Source: a virus
DNA length: 64,000 bases
Direction: 5' to 3' (one strand)
IMG/VR virus record: IMGVR_UViG_3300030329_005813
Coordinates: 108,362-172,361 of that record
Shown: one piece after another, positions 22,571 to 32,870 of the stretch
Numbering within the stretch: position 1 is the stretch's first letter
Layout: each line of letters begins with the position of its first letter
The notes under the pieces: model-generated
The model's input: only the letters and a program-made list of their open reading frames with translations
Told to the model about the DNA's origin: nothing
The model's database searches: none
Position numbers and translations under genes: made by a program

Positions 22571-23515
22571 TTAGTTTGTATTATTATATTTACTATTGAA
22601 TTGCTTCGAACCAATTGCCTCAAGGTTATTGGCTCTAAAGGTTGTAGTATTTGTTCTATAGAGATACATTTCCATGACTCCCTGAGCGTATAACTTGCCG
22701 ATTGATTGTATCGCACTAGCCATAAGATCAAAAGATGGCGTGGTTGGGGTACCAGGGTATGGCCCCATAGAGTTGTGAGTATGGCTTGCTAAAGCTTGAT
22801 TAATTGTTATTAGTTCATTTTCAAGCGTTGATACTTGAGCGGCTAAGTCATCTATTAAGTCCATCATAGCTTTTAAAGTGTTTTTAAGATCTGTTCCTCT
22901 GGGGATTGGCTGTAATTTTTCATCATCATTACCAGCTATTAAATCGACACCTACAGTAGTTTTTATCTCTTCGCCGTGTGAATTCACGGCTCCACGACCT
23001 TCGGTAACAATTTTAATTCCATTTCGACCAACTACTCTTACTTCATCAGCTTTAACGCCAATGGCCGAACGGGCTTCATTCGCGCCGACGTTTCCCTCTG
23101 CTAAATTAAAGTTTTTATCAATATCAGTTAACTGGGAAACATAAATTCTTGCGGCGTCGGAAATTAAATTAGGATCGGCAAATACTTCTGGGTCTTTAGG
23201 GCCTAGGCCAGCAACAATATCAATAGTGCTGGCACCGGTTGAACCCTGGCCACCGTAACCACTAACTAGTGAACTTGGCCTATCTCTTCCTTGGCGAATC
23301 ATAGAAGCACCGTTTGCTATAATTCTTTCGCTTGAGGCGGCTGTAAAGTTAGCAATTGGTTCTGTAATTACACCATTATTTAAACCAGCGAATGACACCC
23401 CAGCATCCTGATCTGAAGATCGTGAGGCGCCATCTTTTACAACTTGTGGGTTTTTATCTAAATCTTGATTATTGCCGCCGGATTGTTTTTCTTGATTTTT
23501 AAAATAATCTGCCAT
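22571..23515 (-). CDS. Putative baseplate spike (gp5-C/gpV/gp138-like) protein
   Basis: Short beta-strand repeats followed by a coiled coil and an HxH apex motif (ALASHTHNS...TPTTPS); baseplate context. Confidence 0.55.
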   Translation of the reverse strand: MADYFKNQEKQSGGNNQDLDKNPQVVKDGASRSSDQDAGVSFAGLNNGVITEPIANFTAASSERIIANGASMIRQGRDRPSSLVSGYGGQGSTGASTIDIVAGLGPKDPEVFADPNLISDAARIYVSQLTDIDKNFNLAEGNVGANEARSAIGVKADEVRVVGRNGIKIVTEGRGAVNSHGEEIKTTVGVDLIAGNDDEKLQPIPRGTDLKNTLKAMMDLIDDLAAQVSTLENELITINQALASHTHNSMGPYPGTPTTPSFDLMASAIQSIGKLYAQGVMEMYLYRTNTTTFRANNLEAIGSKQFNSKYNNTN

Positions 23516-23527
23516 TTGCTTTATCCC

Positions 23528-24628
23528 TTAGCCTGTAGCTGACTCACTTGATTCTAAATGCAGGCCTGCTTGCATTTCACTCGTGGACCATTTTGAATAC
23601 TGAATATGAATTGGGTCATAGGGTTTTTGCCAATTTCCGCCCCACTCTAATCCAAGCGTTGAAGCAATCTCTGGGATTCCTGATTGAAGCCACATACTTT
23701 TTGGTGAAGTAGATAGTATTACTGTACCGTTGGCCAACTTAGGATTAAAATCTATGGCCATTCCAAAATTATGATAACTTGTACTATTTGATGGACGTGG
23801 ACCACATGTGCCACGACCATTGTGTGTGCAGTCAGACCACTCTGAATACAACTGATCTTGTTCTTCTTCTGAACGAAACCCGCTATTTAGAGTAATTGCA
23901 ATTCCTTTTTGGTCCCAGCAAGTACAAATAAATTTTTTAACCAATTTTTTAAATTCTGGATGCAAATTATTTAAAACTGGGGCATGTGCGTTTTTATTTG
24001 GTATTTCCATATTTTCGTCATAACAGGTCACATCTCCATCATCTTCAAAAAAACTAGCTGCGTAGCTAATGGCTTCGCTAGCAAAAGCGCCAATGGCAGA
24101 AGCTGTAGAACGATTTCTATCTGGTGGACTAAATTTAGACCTTTCTTCTACGCTTACAATAATTCCTTCTTTATCTACTAATACAATGTCTCCAGCATTT
24201 AATGCTCCTTCTGTCCATACTTTATCTGGACTAGTATAGTACGTACCGTGCATACTTAATAGCATTTTATCTCTAGGAGTTATGTCTCCGTTAGCCACCC
24301 TGTTAATATCTGGCTTTTCTATGCTAGCGTGGATCTCTGGGATTCTACAGATTGCAAAAAATCTTTGAGTATTCCACCCTATTCTATCTAAAAAAGTTGG
24401 GGCGGCGCCGGGGCCGGCTGATGATACTTGTCTGGATAGTAAAACTTCTGCACGCATCAGCTTATCGTTGAATGTAGAAGTTCTTTCGTATGCCCTATTA
24501 AGCGCTTGTTTTAGTAGATCTGCGCCCGATGCTCCATCAGAAATTAAAAGATCATCAGGCCTAAATCCTAAACTATTAAGCTCACCGATTTTAAAATCTC
24601 TATAGTCTGGACCGTCACCGTTAGCCAT
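23528..24628 (-). CDS. M15-family Zn peptidoglycan peptidase with an N-terminal structural domain (probable tail-associated lysin)
   Basis: SGFRSEEEQDQLY, SYHNFGMAIDF, LEWGGNW...DPIHIQ: the H-x6-D...H zinc ligands of M15 (CwlK/Ply500-like). Confidence 0.88.
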   Translation of the reverse strand: MANGDGPDYRDFKIGELNSLGFRPDDLLISDGASGADLLKQALNRAYERTSTFNDKLMRAEVLLSRQVSSAGPGAAPTFLDRIGWNTQRFFAICRIPEIHASIEKPDINRVANGDITPRDKMLLSMHGTYYTSPDKVWTEGALNAGDIVLVDKEGIIVSVEERSKFSPPDRNRSTASAIGAFASEAISYAASFFEDDGDVTCYDENMEIPNKNAHAPVLNNLHPEFKKLVKKFICTCWDQKGIAITLNSGFRSEEEQDQLYSEWSDCTHNGRGTCGPRPSNSTSYHNFGMAIDFNPKLANGTVILSTSPKSMWLQSGIPEIASTLGLEWGGNWQKPYDPIHIQYSKWSTSEMQAGLHLESSESATG

Positions 24629-24932
24629 CTTCGGATACCTCTTCCGAGTCGCCCGATTCCTGAAGTAGGTTAAAAATATCTGCTTTATCTGCGTCGGTTA
24701 GGCCAGTTTCGCCACTCTGTTGTTTGTGAATTAGAGTTGATATTTTTACTAATTGCTCATTAGATCTCTGAAGAGTTTCAACATATTTAGCGGCCACTAA
24801 ACCAACTTGTCGATGATTTTCTTCATTCTTGCCCAAAAAACGAATGACATCATCAAGAAGCTCCCGGGTAACCTCTCGATCATCTTCTATGTTTGTTATG
24901 GCTTTTTCAAGATAGTGATCTAAATTTTTCAT
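24621..24932 (-). CDS. Hypothetical helical protein
   Basis: Probable start MKNLDHYL forms an ATGA overlap with the sigma factor stop codon. Confidence 0.7.
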   Translation of the reverse strand: MKNLDHYLEKAITNIEDDREVTRELLDDVIRFLGKNEENHRQVGLVAAKYVETLQRSNEQLVKISTLIHKQQSGETGLTDADKADIFNLLQESGDSEEVSEDG

Positions 24933-25669
24933 ATATCCCCAGAATTCCACTTAATTCGAAAAGTTCTATACTTGACTCTCATTTTATTTAGATTGTTAAC
25001 CACCTGTTTAGTATTGAGGCCAGTTATTTCTCTCAGGTATAAATAAATAGCTTTCTTATTAAAAATTTCTATGTCATCACAGCTTTCCATAAGAATTTTA
25101 ACAGCTGAAAGAACCTTTCTTTCATTTTCTTTCATCTTGTCGTGTTCCCAAGAGTTAACCTCTTGTTCAAGAAAATGCCAAAATTCTTTTGATATACGAT
25201 CTTTAAAATAAGGATTACTGGTTGAGATGTGCTTTAACTCCAGCTCTTTGGGTAATCCAGATATTTCTATTTCTTGCCTATTTTGTTTAGCTTTTCTTTT
25301 AACTTTATGAATAAACCAGTTTTTTGTGATGACACTAAAATAAGAAAAAGCCTTTGAGCCTTTGTTGACATCGTATTTATCAAGAATAGTTATTAGCCAA
25401 ATTTTACACTCGTCTCGCAATGAGTCAATATTTGGTAATGTAGTAAACTTATAAGTAAATACGATTTTATCAACCATTTCGTCAAAGGCTGGGCCGATAT
25501 AATTTCTATACAGTTCCGTTCTTAATCTTATATCATCTGTCGCCACATACTTTAATATAGCGTCTTCATGAACTTGAGTAAAATATTGTCTAGATTTGGA
25601 ACCGGATCTGCGCCGGGATCTTTTTTTCTTCGGCGGATCCTTCTGGGGTGGGTTCGGGTTCTTGTCCAT
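24929..25669 (-). CDS. Phage sigma factor, T4 gp55-like (late transcription)
   Basis: YFTQVHEDAILKY...LRDECKIWLITILDKYDVNKGSKAFSYFSVITKNWFI matches sigma region 2 (YD...AFxYF); C-terminal HTH-like LREITGLNTKQV. Confidence 0.75.
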   Translation of the reverse strand: MDKNPNPPQKDPPKKKRSRRRSGSKSRQYFTQVHEDAILKYVATDDIRLRTELYRNYIGPAFDEMVDKIVFTYKFTTLPNIDSLRDECKIWLITILDKYDVNKGSKAFSYFSVITKNWFIHKVKRKAKQNRQEIEISGLPKELELKHISTSNPYFKDRISKEFWHFLEQEVNSWEHDKMKENERKVLSAVKILMESCDDIEIFNKKAIYLYLREITGLNTKQVVNNLNKMRVKYRTFRIKWNSGDI

Positions 25670-25979
25670 TCACGTCATCCTCTTCTATGTCTTCTTCTGT
25701 GAGATATATAATGTCTTCAAATTTTTCTAATTGCTGAACAACACTTTCACCGTGTTGCATTAAATTATGCAAAGTTACATCGCCATAAAATGTTTCTAGT
25801 TCGTATACTGACTTGATATGTGATGTAAAATTTTCAATAATATCAAGCAAATCGTTTAAGTTTTCAGAAAAAAACATAAGTTTTTTTGTAAGATTCGACA
25901 AATACCAAAGAAAAAAAACATTAATCAATATAGAAAATAATAATATTACGCTTAGAATCAATATTAAAACGTTACTCAT
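25590..25979 (-). CDS. Hypothetical membrane-anchored protein
   Basis: N-terminal hydrophobic helix followed by a helical acidic region. Confidence 0.65.
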   Translation of the reverse strand: MSNVLILILSVILLFSILINVFFLWYLSNLTKKLMFFSENLNDLLDIIENFTSHIKSVYELETFYGDVTLHNLMQHGESVVQQLEKFEDIIYLTEEDIEEDDVNGQEPEPTPEGSAEEKKIPAQIRFQI

Positions 25980-26235
25980 TAAAATACTCTTTTGTTAAAT
26001 TTTCTTTTTCTTGTTTTACTTCTTCTTTCGTCCGCTCTATAAAATCATTTGTGATTTGGCCTACGGGAAGATTGTCTTGTTTTTTTACTGTACTAGTATT
26101 AAATGGTGTAGAATAATCTCTTTGAAGTGAATTTTTTACTCCACACAACTTACAATCCGAAACAACCTCTGAGAAAGAATGAAATATACTCATTGTTTCC
26201 GAACAAGAGGCACATTTATATACATAAGTAGGCAT
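25972..26235 (-). CDS. FmdB-family zinc-ribbon protein
   Basis: MPTYVYKCASC...CKLCG. Confidence 0.85.
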   Translation of the reverse strand: MPTYVYKCASCSETMSIFHSFSEVVSDCKLCGVKNSLQRDYSTPFNTSTVKKQDNLPVGQITNDFIERTKEEVKQEKENLTKEYFNE

Positions 26236-26238
26236 TAA

Positions 26239-26439
26239 CTAGTATTCTTCTATATTTTCTTCATTTGGAATTCTCACAACAGGTGGATTTAAAATCTTTA
26301 AGCCATCCGTCGAGCTAATAAACTCAAAATCTTTAAGCACCGGAACAATATCAGATTGCTCCAAAAGTGACTTCTGTAAAGCCATCATTAAGGCGCCTAG
26401 GGCCTGATCTGATAAATTATATGTTTCTGTCTCACTCAT
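26239..26439 (-). CDS. Hypothetical protein, about 66 aa
   Basis: ATG at 26439 with AAGGAGAG Shine-Dalgarno; overlaps the ugd stop codon. Confidence 0.7.
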   Translation of the reverse strand: MSETETYNLSDQALGALMMALQKSLLEQSDIVPVLKDFEFISSTDGLKILNPPVVRIPNEENIEEY

Positions 26440-27301
26440 TTGTACTCTCCTTAATAATTGCTCTTCCGAGCAGTTTTTCCCAGTCTTTCTCTGGTCTAAC
26501 ATTTAGATTAGTTTTCCAAGCTCCATCTAGCACAGATGGTTCAACACCAATAGATCGAGCGTGACTCATCATTGCTTGGATATCCTTTGGAAAACAGCTT
26601 CCCCCAAAACCAAACTTGCCATCTGGTCCGGGTACAGATACGTGTGAGTGTCCTATGCGGCCATCACGCACAAATCCGTCTACTGCAACATTCCAATCAA
26701 CATTGCTTTTATCTGCTATCAGTCTCATTTCGTTCATAAACGAAACCTTGGTCGCAAAATAACAGTTATTCATATACTTAATAAACTCTGCTGTTTCAAA
26801 GTTTGTTTGTATAGTTGGTGTAGAGCCTCCGAATCTAATGCGAAAAAGCTCAGCCACCTTACTTGTATTTTTTGATTCTCCACCAAGAATAAATCTGGCT
26901 TGATTAATAAAATCAAACTTTGCCGATCTTTCTGTTAAGAATTCCGGATTGAACACAAGAGTTATATTGCTATATTTTCCCTGAAATGCTCTTGTTGTTC
27001 CTGGTATGACTGTTGAACGCACCAGGACGACACTACCATCTTTTGTCCCGTGCGCGTCTACTTCGCCAAGAACACTTTCTAAGATCGAAAGGTTGATGGA
27101 GCCATCAACATTTGATGGGGTAGGCACAGACAAGAAAATAAAATCTGACTCATCCAATACTTCGTCTAGACTGTGCGTTGACTTGGCTGGATTTTTATCA
27201 AAGATTCTTAACTTAGCCTGATCAAATCCAGTCTGTGGTGAAAACCCATAAGCAACTGAGGATCCGACAAAACCAAAACCAATGATCCCAATATTAATCA
27301 T
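26432..27301 (-). CDS. ugd: UDP-glucose/GDP-mannose 6-dehydrogenase family, short form lacking the C-terminal domain
   Basis: IGFGFVG Rossmann motif, SVPTP, RSTVIPGTT, FNPEFL, catalytic GFGGSCFPKD. Confidence 0.9.
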   Translation of the reverse strand: MINIGIIGFGFVGSSVAYGFSPQTGFDQAKLRIFDKNPAKSTHSLDEVLDESDFIFLSVPTPSNVDGSINLSILESVLGEVDAHGTKDGSVVLVRSTVIPGTTRAFQGKYSNITLVFNPEFLTERSAKFDFINQARFILGGESKNTSKVAELFRIRFGGSTPTIQTNFETAEFIKYMNNCYFATKVSFMNEMRLIADKSNVDWNVAVDGFVRDGRIGHSHVSVPGPDGKFGFGGSCFPKDIQAMMSHARSIGVEPSVLDGAWKTNLNVRPEKDWEKLLGRAIIKESTNE

Positions 27302-28155
27302 TGTAGTTTTTCCTTAAGCTGTTTAAAACAATTCGAAATACCTTCTTTAACATTAATTTTTGGTTCGAACCCTAATTTTTTTAATGGACTCATATTAGCT
27401 TTTGTAAATAATACATCACCTTTTCTTTTTTCTACATAATCAAACTGCACATCTGGGAAGTATTCGTTAACGATATCTTTCATTTCATTGAGTGAAATAT
27501 TGCTACCCGTACCAACATCATAGTGACGACCATTAAATGCTCCTTCGTATTCCATAGCAAAAATATTAGCTGAGACAACATCACTTTTATGAGCCATATC
27601 TCTACGTTGCTTGCCGTTACCAGTAATAAAAGGATTTTTACCTTCGCGGATATATCGCATCCAGTTAGCTACAGCTGTAGCATATGGACTATCTGCTTTT
27701 TGGTCAAAACTATATACATTAAAATAACGTAGCGTTACCGTATCAAGATCATACAAATCTGAATATAATTTAGTTTCTAGTTCGGACGTTAGTTTTTGTA
27801 ATGCGTATGGACTTGCGGGGCCGTCGCCATTACCCACAACAGATGAGGATCCAGAATAAATAAATCTTTTAACATTTTTTCTTTTGGCAAAGTCTAACAT
27901 TATACTTGTTGATAAAACATTATTCATCATAGTATGAATTGGCTGCTCTACACTATATGCAACGCGTGGAATACATGCTAGATGAAAAACATAATCAAAA
28001 TCATATTGTTCCAGTTTTTCTAAGCCATTTAAAATATCCCATTCGCTATTGTCCTTGTAATCAATTCCTACAACATTGTGTCCCATTGACACAAGTCTCC
28101 AATACAAGGTGCTTCCTATGTAGCCGCGATGGCCAGTTACTAAACAATTAGCCAT
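27298..28155 (-). CDS. NAD-dependent nucleotide-sugar epimerase/dehydratase (extended SDR)
   Basis: TGHRGYIG, YALQK (YxxxK), LRYFNVY, GNGKQRRD. Confidence 0.92.
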   Translation of the reverse strand: MANCLVTGHRGYIGSTLYWRLVSMGHNVVGIDYKDNSEWDILNGLEKLEQYDFDYVFHLACIPRVAYSVEQPIHTMMNNVLSTSIMLDFAKRKNVKRFIYSGSSSVVGNGDGPASPYALQKLTSELETKLYSDLYDLDTVTLRYFNVYSFDQKADSPYATAVANWMRYIREGKNPFITGNGKQRRDMAHKSDVVSANIFAMEYEGAFNGRHYDVGTGSNISLNEMKDIVNEYFPDVQFDYVEKRKGDVLFTKANMSPLKKLGFEPKINVKEGISNCFKQLKEKLQ

Positions 28156-28829
28156 TATTTATCTCCTTTTAATTTCTTATCATAACTTTGAACCTGCTCA
28201 GAATCTTTAGTCCTGTTCGATTCGTGAATCCTATACTTATAAAGGGGTAGGGGTAAATTGTATACCTTATACTTTTCTTTAAATCTTCGGATCATTTCGT
28301 GCCCCTCCCTCATCTTATAATCCTCATCATAAAAACCAACGTCACATAAAGACTCATATGTAAACATAATGCCACACGCAACAAACTCTTTTTCTGCGCT
28401 ATGACGACTCATAAGTTGACCCGTATTGTCAACTTTAAAATAATCGCAAGCAACGGCCTGACAGTTCATTTCTGAATTCATAATTCTAGGGCCGGAGTTC
28501 ATATCAAGAAATGTGGACAGCATATAGAGAAAGTGGCGCGAGACATAATCATCGGAATCAATCCTAACAAAATACTGTCCTAAACTATTTTGCAGTATTT
28601 TGTTTAGAGACGATGGTAGTCCCAAATTCTTTTCGTTATTAATCAATCGAATATTAAGGTGGTCTGAAAAAATATTACATACATCTTCCAGTCTTTCTTC
28701 CGGATCATCGTTGACTAAAATAATTTCAAACTTATCTTTTCCTATCGTTTGGTTAACAAGGCTTCGTAAACATCGATGAAGCCATCTTTTTTGTTTATAA
28801 CAGCTGATCCCTACTGTAATTTTATACAT
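28155..28829 (-). CDS. Glycosyltransferase family 2
   Basis: CLRSLVNQT, EIILVND, NLGLPSSLN, RIDSDD. Confidence 0.9.
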   Translation of the reverse strand: MYKITVGISCYKQKRWLHRCLRSLVNQTIGKDKFEIILVNDDPEERLEDVCNIFSDHLNIRLINNEKNLGLPSSLNKILQNSLGQYFVRIDSDDYVSRHFLYMLSTFLDMNSGPRIMNSEMNCQAVACDYFKVDNTGQLMSRHSAEKEFVACGIMFTYESLCDVGFYDEDYKMREGHEMIRRFKEKYKVYNLPLPLYKYRIHESNRTKDSEQVQSYDKKLKGDK

Positions 28830-29728
28830 AACTCTAGTATGCCTTTCAAAGCCTTTGTTTGGCTTTCTACCGTTGCCCCCGCAACGTGAGGCGTAATTAC
28901 TATATTGTCTCTTTTAAGATTAAAAAGTTTAGACTGCCTAAGGTCTTCAATATTTTGTTCATTACACAAAACATCACAAGAATAAAAAATCTTATCTTCT
29001 ATAATAAGGTCATAAATGTAGTCTTCGTCTACAGTTTCGCCCCTCGATGTATTGACGACAATTAAATTTTCTTTAAAATTATCTAATACACCGTTGCTTA
29101 TTATTCCTTTAGTTTCATCTGTAAGATAACAACTTATACATAATATATCAACTTTTTGTAGGTTTGTCAAGGAAAAAACTCTTTTATATTGATAACTTCC
29201 GACATATGGGTCGTAGTACTCAACATTCATCCCAAAAGCCTTAGCATATTTGGCTATTTTTCTTCCTATCCTTCCGAGTCCAATAATCCCTATATTTTTG
29301 CCGGCCAGCTCATTTGACCGCAAAAATCTTTCATTTTCATCATCTCTCCATTTATCAACATTGTTTACGGCCGGCACAAACTTTCGAAAGGCATTCATAA
29401 TGTGCAACCAAGTAAACTCTGCGGAGGCGTGAATATTTTCAAGAATATCTCGATTATCCAAAAGGCATTTTACAGGAATATTCCTTAGGCCCAAATAATG
29501 CATATCTAGGTGGTTCACTCCTGTTGACGGAGTGCCAACTACTTTAAGGCTTGGATATTTAGCGAAATGATTCTTATCTAAAAATACATCGGTACCTGGG
29601 TTTACAATAATGCATTCTGGATCATGACTATCTAATGTATAACCCAGCGAATCAATAATTGAATTAAAATCTTGTATCTGTAAAAAATTAATTGGACATT
29701 CAATTTTAACGCGCACTTCTTTCCTCAA
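28811..29728 (-). CDS. D-isomer-specific 2-hydroxyacid dehydrogenase (SerA-like)
   Basis: [25 protein letters not shown]...[10 protein letters not shown]. Confidence 0.9.
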   Translation of the reverse strand: MRKEVRVKIECPINFLQIQDFNSIIDSLGYTLDSHDPECIIVNPGTDVFLDKNHFAKYPSLKVVGTPSTGVNHLDMHYLGLRNIPVKCLLDNRDILENIHASAEFTWLHIMNAFRKFVPAVNNVDKWRDDENERFLRSNELAGKNIGIIGLGRIGRKIAKYAKAFGMNVEYYDPYVGSYQYKRVFSLTNLQKVDILCISCYLTDETKGIISNGVLDNFKENLIVVNTSRGETVDEDYIYDLIIEDKIFYSCDVLCNEQNIEDLRQSKLFNLKRDNIVITPHVAGATVESQTKALKGILELCIKLQ

Positions 29729-30410
29729 GTAAAATTTCTGCTAATCTAAAATCCATAAATGTATCGATATTGACAGAGCAGTCTTCTGGCATTAAATATG
29801 GACGGCAATCATTACCATGCCTTGAGAACCAATCTACAATACATTCTCTTGTCATTGCAAAAATAGCTCCGTTTCTTATATAACAAGGCTCTAAGTCCTG
29901 CCTTCGTGAGCCTTCCCCCTCTGGGAATTCTGTGGTAAAGTCTCTAATTTGATCTTCTATAATCCTTTTCATCCTGACTGGATGTTTATCCTGGACCGAG
30001 GTTAGAGACGTTACGCTGTCGGCTCCGGTAGCAATTAATTTATCTACAGCTTCTACAATGTGTTTTGACGTCCTTAGAGGGGCCACACAAGGCAGTTCAA
30101 CCACATAATCATATGTTACCCCGTAATGTTTCTCCGAAGCCAGTACGGCGTGCTTAAGAGCGTCCCTAGACCATATATGATCTTGGGCCAACTCGTCTGG
30201 CCTCATAAACGGAACATCAGCGCCGAGATCTTTAGCAATTGAAGCAATTTCTTTGCAATCTGTACTAACAACAAGGTGTGTAAATCTTTTACTGGCTAGC
30301 GCTGCCTCAATAGTCCAAGCAATAAGTGGCTTGCCGTGAATCATTTTTATGTTTTTTCTTGGGACTCCTTTGGAGCCACCGCGAGCTAAAATTACTGCTA
30401 TTGTGTTCAT
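29706..30410 (-). CDS. neuA: CMP-nonulosonate synthetase (acylneuraminate cytidylyltransferase)
   Basis: [45 protein letters not shown]. Confidence 0.93.
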   Translation of the reverse strand: MNTIAVILARGGSKGVPRKNIKMIHGKPLIAWTIEAALASKRFTHLVVSTDCKEIASIAKDLGADVPFMRPDELAQDHIWSRDALKHAVLASEKHYGVTYDYVVELPCVAPLRTSKHIVEAVDKLIATGADSVTSLTSVQDKHPVRMKRIIEDQIRDFTTEFPEGEGSRRQDLEPCYIRNGAIFAMTRECIVDWFSRHGNDCRPYLMPEDCSVNIDTFMDFRLAEILLEERSAR

Positions 30411-31240
30411 TATAGATCCTTCACTAAATTATTAATTTCATCTGCTAAGTTATTCATTATTAAAGTATAACGTTCTTTTTTTTCATTTATGCTAAGCCCT
30501 AAAACATCTAAAGATGCATATTCTTGAAGAATTTTATTTAAAACCGAATCTAAAACAACTTTTTTATTAGTATGTTTTATAACATCAATTAGCATCAATA
30601 TTTCAAGCAAACCATTATGCTTTTCTACGATAGTTTTATTGTGACTGACGGGTTTATTTTTTTGCAACATATGGCCGCCGCCGTGATACATTGTAAATCC
30701 AGTTATGTATACTTCTTTTGCATCAGAAGCTATCGACTCCATAATGGCGTTAAAACCAAGCTGGGGCCAAACATTATAAGGAGATTTAGAATTTATATTA
30801 GCCACTCTATTTTTACCATAACCATTCTCTGTGGCATAATCTTTTAAAATATATGCATACTGCTCGGAAGTATAGGACGTTGCTGAAATACCGTGATACA
30901 TTTTATTTTCTAGCTTAGTTCCTAGTTTGCATTCAGGGTGTCTGGTAAATTTAATGCTAGTCTTTGCCAACACATCATAATCTGCCTGATGGTTAACCAC
31001 CGAACTGTACATAACGTGCGTTTCGTCCCCAACAAAATCTTTATATGTATTAAACCCTTTCATTGGTAACCACTTAAGTCGAATTACGACGTCATATTCA
31101 TCGATTTTAGAACCATTTGTTTCCAACAAAATGTGCTTCGATGGTCCAACAATCGCAACTCGTTTTCCCTTTAAATAATTATTATATTGTTCTTCGGGCT
31201 TAATAGCGTTTAAAAAACTTTCTACTCTTTCTGGGGTCAC
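30410..31240 (-). CDS. GT29 (sialyltransferase)-like glycosyltransferase
   Basis: Sialylmotif-L-like KRVAIVGPS...[13 protein letters not shown], motif-S-like PQLGFNAI...[12 protein letters not shown]-like H-x4-E (HNGLLE); located between neuB and neuA. Confidence 0.7.
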   Translation of the reverse strand: MTPERVESFLNAIKPEEQYNNYLKGKRVAIVGPSKHILLETNGSKIDEYDVVIRLKWLPMKGFNTYKDFVGDETHVMYSSVVNHQADYDVLAKTSIKFTRHPECKLGTKLENKMYHGISATSYTSEQYAYILKDYATENGYGKNRVANINSKSPYNVWPQLGFNAIMESIASDAKEVYITGFTMYHGGGHMLQKNKPVSHNKTIVEKHNGLLEILMLIDVIKHTNKKVVLDSVLNKILQEYASLDVLGLSINEKKERYTLIMNNLADEINNLVKDL

Positions 31241-31923
31241 TTAGCCACCTTAGAAATATTATTAAACTGCTGGCCGTACTCTCTAATCATTTTTAACTCT
31301 GACAAATCCATTGAGCCAATATGATCGTTCCCTTCCATTCCCTTATTTAAAGTAAAGTGTTTTTCTATTACTTGTGCGCCGTGGGCTACATTGTATAGTG
31401 CGTATGCTGGCCCGTAGGAGTGATCACTGAACCCTACTATTTTATCGTTGTAATAAAACTTTTGAAGATCCAAGAAACTTGTTGGATATTTAGAGATGCA
31501 ATTAAAATATTTAACGTTATTATACTCAAATGGCAACCACTCATTTCTCCACATACCCAATGAAATATATGTTAACTTATTAGTTGAAATAACCTTTTCA
31601 CATAATGCCGGCTCTTTTACGATTGTTCTGCTGGCAATCTTATACAGTTTAACGCCCAGAGTTTCACACCAATCAATTTTTTCTTCATCAAATACAGATG
31701 CAAAAAATTCTATACCGTGCGCTTCACATATATCTTTAATTTGCTTTACCTGACAAAAAGTAAACTCATTGCGTTTTCTTGACTCGTCTCCAAAAACTCT
31801 TACTGAATCATACAGCTGAAATTTTGCGTAATCGGCGCCTCCGACAGCAGACTGTCGAATTAGCTCTTCTATTTTACGAAAGTCTCCGTTATGATTGATT
31901 CCGATCTCTGATATAATCTTCAC
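31237..31923 (-). CDS. neuB: NeuB-family nonulosonic acid synthase, short form without the C-terminal SAF/antifreeze-like domain
   Basis: ISEIGINHNGD, AKFQ, YKIAS, CISKYP, GFSDHS, IEKHFTL, GNDH. Confidence 0.92.
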   Translation of the reverse strand: MKIISEIGINHNGDFRKIEELIRQSAVGGADYAKFQLYDSVRVFGDESRKRNEFTFCQVKQIKDICEAHGIEFFASVFDEEKIDWCETLGVKLYKIASRTIVKEPALCEKVISTNKLTYISLGMWRNEWLPFEYNNVKYFNCISKYPTSFLDLQKFYYNDKIVGFSDHSYGPAYALYNVAHGAQVIEKHFTLNKGMEGNDHIGSMDLSELKMIREYGQQFNNISKVAK

Positions 31924-32870
31924 TTGATTCCCCTTAAATTTTCAAAAATTTCAATTGTCTCTGTATATTCATATTGCTCTAAATATGGTTTGCACATCTG
32001 ATAAATAACTTTTAAAATGTTTGCGGCTCCGGAGGCCAATTTTTGATCCTCTAGACTTGGCAAGATGGTCGATTTATATTTTAATACCTCTGACTTAGGT
32101 GGCGTTGGTATTTTTAATTTACCCGATATCTGTAAAATATCTTGCAGTAACTCTATTTCTTCTTTGTTTTGCATTACAATTTTTTCAAATCTTATCGCGT
32201 GAACATTTTTAATTTTATGATTTTGTATGTCTAAATTTAGTCTATCTTGAATCATTGTCCACCGTAAGACATATAACAAATTCCACAAAACAGGCCTTAC
32301 CCGAGTATTAACTTGCCATCCAGTTTCAGACGTTGGTTGCATTTTCCATCTTAGATCACCAAGAGCAGTAAACAAATATCCAATAGCGTCGACCAAATCA
32401 ATACTATTTGCATTATTTTGGTAATTTGCCCTATCCTGCATAAGAAGTCTTAAAAAATAATTATCTGATTCATACATTGCGACATCTATAGGATCCCTAA
32501 CAACGTTAATAATTGATGACTCCGGAAAAGCACTGTTTATTAGCGGCGTCATTAAACAAAAAGTAGATAGTTTACAGCAATTATGTTTAGGGCCGTGTGG
32601 AGATCTAGATTGAATTATTCTGTCTCGAAAACTATCACTATCTTTTTGAGCGACCTCATCAAACGGCCACTTAGTTTCTAGTATATCTTGAAGACTACCG
32701 GGACTATAGTTGCCATCCATAGAATAAAAAGGCCCTGTTTTCCAAGCAAAAACATTATCATTTCTTGAGTTTAATCTTCGACCAAGATCATAGCCGTTAA
32801 TACTAGCTATATCTGCTATATAATAGGCCCCTGACCACCATACTCCTGATATGAAGATTTGCTCATGCAC
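31920..32870 (-). CDS. Sulfotransferase-like protein
   Basis: Degenerate 5'-PSB (ISGVWWSGA), 3'-PB-like IINVVRDPIDV, IRFEKIV. Confidence 0.6.
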   Translation of the reverse strand: MHEQIFISGVWWSGAYYIADIASINGYDLGRRLNSRNDNVFAWKTGPFYSMDGNYSPGSLQDILETKWPFDEVAQKDSDSFRDRIIQSRSPHGPKHNCCKLSTFCLMTPLINSAFPESSIINVVRDPIDVAMYESDNYFLRLLMQDRANYQNNANSIDLVDAIGYLFTALGDLRWKMQPTSETGWQVNTRVRPVLWNLLYVLRWTMIQDRLNLDIQNHKIKNVHAIRFEKIVMQNKEEIELLQDILQISGKLKIPTPPKSEVLKYKSTILPSLEDQKLASGAANILKVIYQMCKPYLEQYEYTETIEIFENLRGIK

